Shown here: piece after piece, positions 10,601 through 16,600 of the stretch
How the letters are laid out: each line of letters opens with the position of its first letter
How positions within the stretch are numbered: position 1 is the first letter of the stretch
Assembly: GCA_004551905.1 (NCBI GenBank)
Contig: SFPL01000025.1
Span: 2,757-66,756, forward strand
Length of the DNA stretch: 64,000 nucleotides
Direction of reading: 5' to 3'
Source: Lentisphaeraceae bacterium
GTDB lineage: Bacteria > Verrucomicrobiota > Kiritimatiellia > RFP12 > UBA1067
Made by a program: the position numbers and the translations under genes
The notes under the pieces: model-generated
What the model was told of the DNA's origin: nothing
Seen by the model: the letters and a program-made list of their open reading frames with translations, nothing else
Databases searched by the model: none

Positions 10601-13600
10601 CGGAAGGCGACGACCTCTTCACATCCTCCGCGGCGCTGCCGGTCCCGGCGACGCTCGGCGGCAACAAGGTCTACACGTTCCCGGCCGGCTCCTACACGCT
10701 CGTCGCAAAGAGCGACATGACAATCATGCAGGCGCTCGTCGTGGGCGGCGGCGGCGCGGGCGGCGCCTACTGCGGCGGCGGCGGCGGCGGCGGTGCCGTC
10801 CGCTTCGTGGATCGCCCAGTGTTCATCGCCGCGGGCGAGTCGGTTGTCGTTTCCGTCGGCGCGGGCGGCGCGATCGCCTCCGCATCGGGCGGGGCAGGCT
10901 CGAAGGGCGATTCCTCCATCCTCTCCGCCGGAGACCTTGACATCGAGTCGTTCGGCGGCGGCGGCGGCGGCGGCTGGAACTCCACTTCGCCTTCCGGCGG
11001 CGGCTCAATCGCATCTTCAGGCGGAAGCGCCAACATGAACACCGCGGCGCACATCGACGGCTGGAACTACGATTCGAAGAGCGGTTATCTGGGCGGCATC
11101 AGCTACAACGGCTACAACTGCTATACCTACAGGCTGTATGCTCCCGGCGGCGGCGGCGCGGGCGGCCAGGGCGAGAGCACGGCAGGCTCTGAGACAGCGC
11201 TCCACGGCGGCAGGGGGCTGCTCTGCGCCATCTCCGGCACGCCGACGATCTACGGCTCCGGCGGCGGCGGCGGCGGCAAGGGCGGCGGCCACGGCGGCAT
11301 CAACGCCGGCAATGGCGGCACTGGTTCCGCCAACGGCACCGCCGGCGTGGACGGAACCGGCTCCGGCGGCGGCGGCGGAGGCAACGGCACTGACTACTAC
11401 GGCGGCAAGGGCGGCGACGGCACGATCATCCTCTCCATCATCCCCGGCGACCACAGTGCCGCCGCGTTCAAGGTCGAGCTGGACGATTCCGCGCCATATC
11501 TCGGCTCGCCGGTGGAGCCGGAAGTTACGGTCACCCTCGGCGACACGGTCCTCGTGAAGGACGTCGACTACACTGTCACCTACGTGAACAATACCTCGCC
11601 CGGGCAGGGCGCGGCGATTGTCAGCGGCATCGACGGCTCGCCGGCGGAAGGGCTGACGACCACCAGGTCGTTCACCATCGCCCAGGTGATCTTCGCCGAC
11701 TTCACCGCAGCGGGTCTCGCCGACGGCTCTTCCTGGGCCAACGCGATGGCGCCGCAGGCGGCGCTGACCGCGGCGCAGAACGCCTTCCTGGCCAACGGCT
11801 GGGCGGAGGTCTGGTTCAAGGCCGGCAACTATACGATTTCTGCCGCGCTCACGCTCGCGCGCCCCTGCGCCGTACGCGGCGGTTTCCTCGGCGACGACTC
11901 CGACCCCGCCGCCCTCGACCCCTCCAATCCCGAGACGGTGTTCGATGGCCAGGGCATCCCGTCGAAGGCGAGCGCCGTCGCCCAGGCGCTGACCGACTCT
12001 TCGCCCCTTGCCGGTCTTACCAGCACCTACGAGCGCATCGGGTTCGGGAGGTTCAAGTCGCATGGCTTTGTGAAGACCGGTGGCTCGTCCATCAAGTTCA
12101 AGAACTGCCGCTTCTTCAACAACACCTGGGGTGTCGGTGCGGCATCTACCGGCCGCGGGTTCAACCTGACCGGAACCACCCTGGCCACCGCGACTTTTGA
12201 TGGCTGCGAAATCTCCGGCAATGGAGAAAACGCGTCGTATTGCCATGATCCGGGAACTGGTTTTGGCGGATACATTTCAACTTTCAAGCGGGTCATCATC
12301 GACAATTCGTCGTTTGTTACCAACGGCTGGGGAGGGAGCTATCGTACTGCGCAAGGCAGCGCGATCTACGTGACTTCCGCGCCGGTAACCGCCCGTAACA
12401 CGAAGTTCGTGGCGAACTCGATCAAGCATCCAGGAAACGGCGGCACGGTGAACCTCGTGAATGCGAGCGGCGGGTCGGCGTTCACGAACTGCCTGTGGCT
12501 CGCGAACGGCAACAACTGGTACGGCGCCTTCGGCAACGGCGGCCACTCCGGTGCGCTCTACGTTAATCTTTCGTCCAAGGCCGACACGGTCGATCTCGAC
12601 CACTGCACGTTCGCCTACAACATCGAAGGGTCAATGGATAAATACGATAAAGGCATGCAGTATCCCGCTCCGGCCGGACTGTACGTCTACTGCGGCTCGG
12701 CCAAGGTGCGCAATTCGATCTTCTGGGGCAACTCCATCTCGAGCGACAACACCGCGGCGGCCGACGTCTACCTGCACAGCAACGGCAGCGCGGACATCGA
12801 CTACACGCTGTTCGGAGGACTGGGCAAGGACTACATCAACTCCTATTCCGGCGGCAGGATGGTCCTGGGCGACCACATCGTCGTGGGCGACCCGAACTTC
12901 GTCACCCGTCCGGAAACCGTGGCGACATACATGAACAAGCCGACTGAGTTCGCCATACCGCGGTCCAAAACCTCGGCCGCCGGCTTCTTCTACTCGTACA
13001 CGGCGTCCCTGCGGCTTGGCATCGCATCGTTCGACGTCCACATCGCAGCTGGTTCGGAGACCTATTCTCCCGCGATCGACGGCTCGATTGCCTCGTGGCC
13101 GGTCGGCGACGAGCCGCTGCCCAACGGCGGCATTGCCAACCTCGGCTTCTACGGGACGACGGCGGAGGCGGCGACCTCCCTGCTCGGTGTGCCGTCTGTC
13201 GACGGCGACATCGACGTGTCCTTCCCGGACGACGAGCCTGCCCCGGAGGTGTCGTTCGTCCTTGGCGGCGACGGGACGCCCTACAACGCGAAGGTCACGG
13301 TGTCCGCCGGAACCGGTTCCGCCGCGGCGGCGGGAGAATCGTACCAGTGGACGCGTGATTTCATCGGCCTGCAGCCGGGCGACGTCGTAAAAGCGCTGAG
13401 CGGCTACATGTTCACTCCCGGCGACACGCTCTACGTGAAGGTCACGATTTCCACGCCCGGAAACGCGGACGTGGTCTACACCACCACCGCCCAGGTCGCG
13501 GGCGAGGTTCCGGTCTGGTACGGCCACGGCGGCGACCCCGCCAAGGTGGTCCATGTCCGCAGCGGATCGACCGCGCACAATCCTGCCGGAACAAGCTGGG

Positions 13601-16600
13601 CGGACGCGTTCCCCGATCTTGAAAGCGCATATCAGAAGCTCACTTCCGAGCGGAACGAGATCTGGGTCGCCGGCGACATTGTCCACACCAAGGAGCCCAC
13701 GTACTTCTACTGCAACGTCGCCACCACGGTCCGCGGCGGATTTACCGGCGCCGAGGACTCGCTCGAAGAACGTCCTGTGGACACGGTGTCGACCATCGAC
13801 GGACAGATGCTGTACAACTGCCTGCGGCCCGCCAACTTGAGCACTTTGACATTAGAGCGCCTGAGGTTCAAGAACGGCTACGGCTACGGCATCAACCGGC
13901 CTGAGTGCAATGGCGATCTCGTCGTGGAGGACTGCGACTTCATCTGCAACGGCGCCACCAACAACACCAACCTTGCCGGCTGCGCAATCAGGTTCATCCG
14001 CGCCAGCAACAGCGCCTACCCGACCAGGAACCTGACTGTCCGGCGCTGCCGGTTCGAGGGCAACGGCCGCCGGTACCATGGCAACGGCCAGCTCGACGGC
14101 GCGTGCATCTACATCAACAACGCCGCGTCGTTGACGGTGGAGGACTCCCTCTTCATCACCAACGGCGCCCCATTCTCGCTCTCCAGCTCGTCCAGCGCAG
14201 CTGTGCGGCCGGCGGGCACGTGCATCTACGCCGACGCCACTCCAGTTACGGTGACCGGCTGCCGCTTCGCCGGCAACCGCTCCAGCTCCGGCACCGACGG
14301 CACGGCGACCTACGGCGGCCTCATCTACCTGCTCAACGCCTGCGAGGGCAGCGTCATCCGCAACTGCGCTTTCGTCGCCAACGAGTGCGTTACCAGGACG
14401 GCGACGGCGTCCAAGGCGGGTGCGCTCGGCGGCTCTATCGTGGTCAACTTCGCCGAGGCCATCCGCGAGATGTTCATCGAGAGCTGCACCTTCGCCTGGA
14501 ACCTCTCGGCGGGGTATTCCTTCCCGGCCGACGTCTCCGTCAACAAGGGTGTCGCCAACGTCCACAACTGCATCTTCTCCGGCGGACAGCTGGGCCCGGG
14601 CATTGCCGCCGACACCGGCCGCTACTTCAAGATCGGCTCCAGCGGCTCGCTCAACATCGACTACTCGATGTTCGACTGCGATCTCAAGACGGCCATCGGC
14701 GGCAGCGGCAAGATTGTCATCGCGCCTTCCTGCATCACCAACGCCAATCCGCGCTTCGTGACTTCGTCCCCCGAACTGACGCTCAGGAACCCAGAGAATT
14801 TCTACGCCGCCTACGACGCCGGCGTGGAGAGCGTCGCGGCGACTTGCGACGTGCACCTCGTCTCCGCGGTGGGCTATGTGGACAACGACGGCGTCTTCCA
14901 CACTGGCGGCAACGTCGTCTCGCCCGCCATCGACGCCGGTGACCCGGCGGACGACTGCTCGCTCGAGCCGCATCCAAACGGCGGCTTCATCAACCTCGGC
15001 GCCTACGGCAACACCGTCGAGGCCTCGCGCACCTACAGCGTGGAGCCGGAGATCGTGGACAACCTCGTAACTGTCACCTTCCCCGACGACACCTCGTTCC
15101 CGAAGGTCGATTTCGACCTCAAGGCCGCCGCGCTCGACTACACCGCCACGGTGAAGGTGTTCTGCGGGACGAACGGCTTCGACTCCGCGTCCTTCGAGTC
15201 GCCCGCCATGCCAATCCGCGGCGGCGAGCACTTCACGTATCTCCAGGGGGTGGAGCCGTACGTCAGCGGCAGCACGCTCTACGTGAGAGTGCTTGTCACA
15301 TCAGGAGACCATGTGCTGACTAACGATACCGCCATAACTGTGACTGGTGAGATGCCTTCGTGGTGGGGCAAGGGCGGCGGCAAGGGCGTGATCCACGTCT
15401 GGGCCGGCGCTCCCGGCGCGAACGACGGCTCGTGCTGGCGCGACGCATTCACCGACATCAACTCGGCCATTGCGGCGGTCGACGCTACCACCAAGGAGAT
15501 CTGGATCTCCGGCGACTGGCGTCTCAATAACCGCTCGTTCACCGTCACCCCCTCGCGCAGCATCGCCGTCCGCGGCGGTTTCGCGGCGGTCGAGAACACG
15601 CCGAAGGAGCGTCCCGCGAACACGGTTTCGGTCATCGACGGCAACAACTCCTACAACCCGATGGTTATCAACAACGGCGCGGGCGTCGCCGCCGAGGTGG
15701 ACCGGCTCGTCCTCTACAACGCCTACGACCGCGGTCTCGCCAAGACTGGCGGCGGCGACCTCTCCGTAATCAGCTGCACCTTCCTCACCAACGGCCAGAA
15801 CGGTACCAACGGCGACGCCAACGGCAAGGGCATGCGGGTCTCGTCGGCAGCAGGAGCTCGCATATTCGTAACAAACTCGCTCTTTATGGGCAACATGCTC
15901 ATTCATGAATCCTTCAACAAATCTACTGGTCAAGGTAACGGCTCAGGCATTTACATTGATTCTGGCGCATCGCTTACGGTTGTTGATTGCCGTTTCAATG
16001 GAAATGGGCATCCTTCTGTTACTCCTTCCACGAACCATTCCGCAAATCCGAGGGCGGGTGCATTCTATGGTGGCGCGATTTACTCTGCCGTGCCGACGCA
16101 CCTCAGCTACTCGCGCTTCTGCGGCAACCGCGTAATCCATAGCTACAACAACAACGCCTATTCCGGCGGCGGCACCGTCTTCCTCGCCGGCGCGGCCGGC
16201 GGCTCGACGGTGAAAAACTGCCTGTTCGCCGCCAACCAGGACACCCAGAACTGGTCTGGCACCAGTTTGCCCGTCACCAAGCAGGGCGGTGCGCTGGTCG
16301 TGTCCCTCGACAGCGCCGCCGGCACGGTGGAGATCGAGAACAGCACTTTCGCCTACAACCTCTGCGACGGCAAGTACTGCGCGGCGGGCCTGACGGTCGT
16401 GACGGGCTCGGCGAGCGTCAAGAACTGCGTGTTCGGCGGCAACATGATCGGCGCGAACGCGTCCGACAAGGCGGTCGATATCAACGTCCGCAGCGGCAGC
16501 TCGTGCATCGTCACCTACACGCTGCTCTCCGAGAGCGGCGCGCTGCGTCCGACCGATGTCGCGACGACAGCCGAGGCCGGCGGTACGCTCGAGCTCGGGT

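Noticed and set aside
10700-11450. Gly/Ser-rich stretches as PE-PGRS-like or collagen-like (G-X-Y) repeats.
   Set aside because: There is no regular GXY triplet periodicity and no PE domain. The pattern is blocks of G6-7 between ordered segments.
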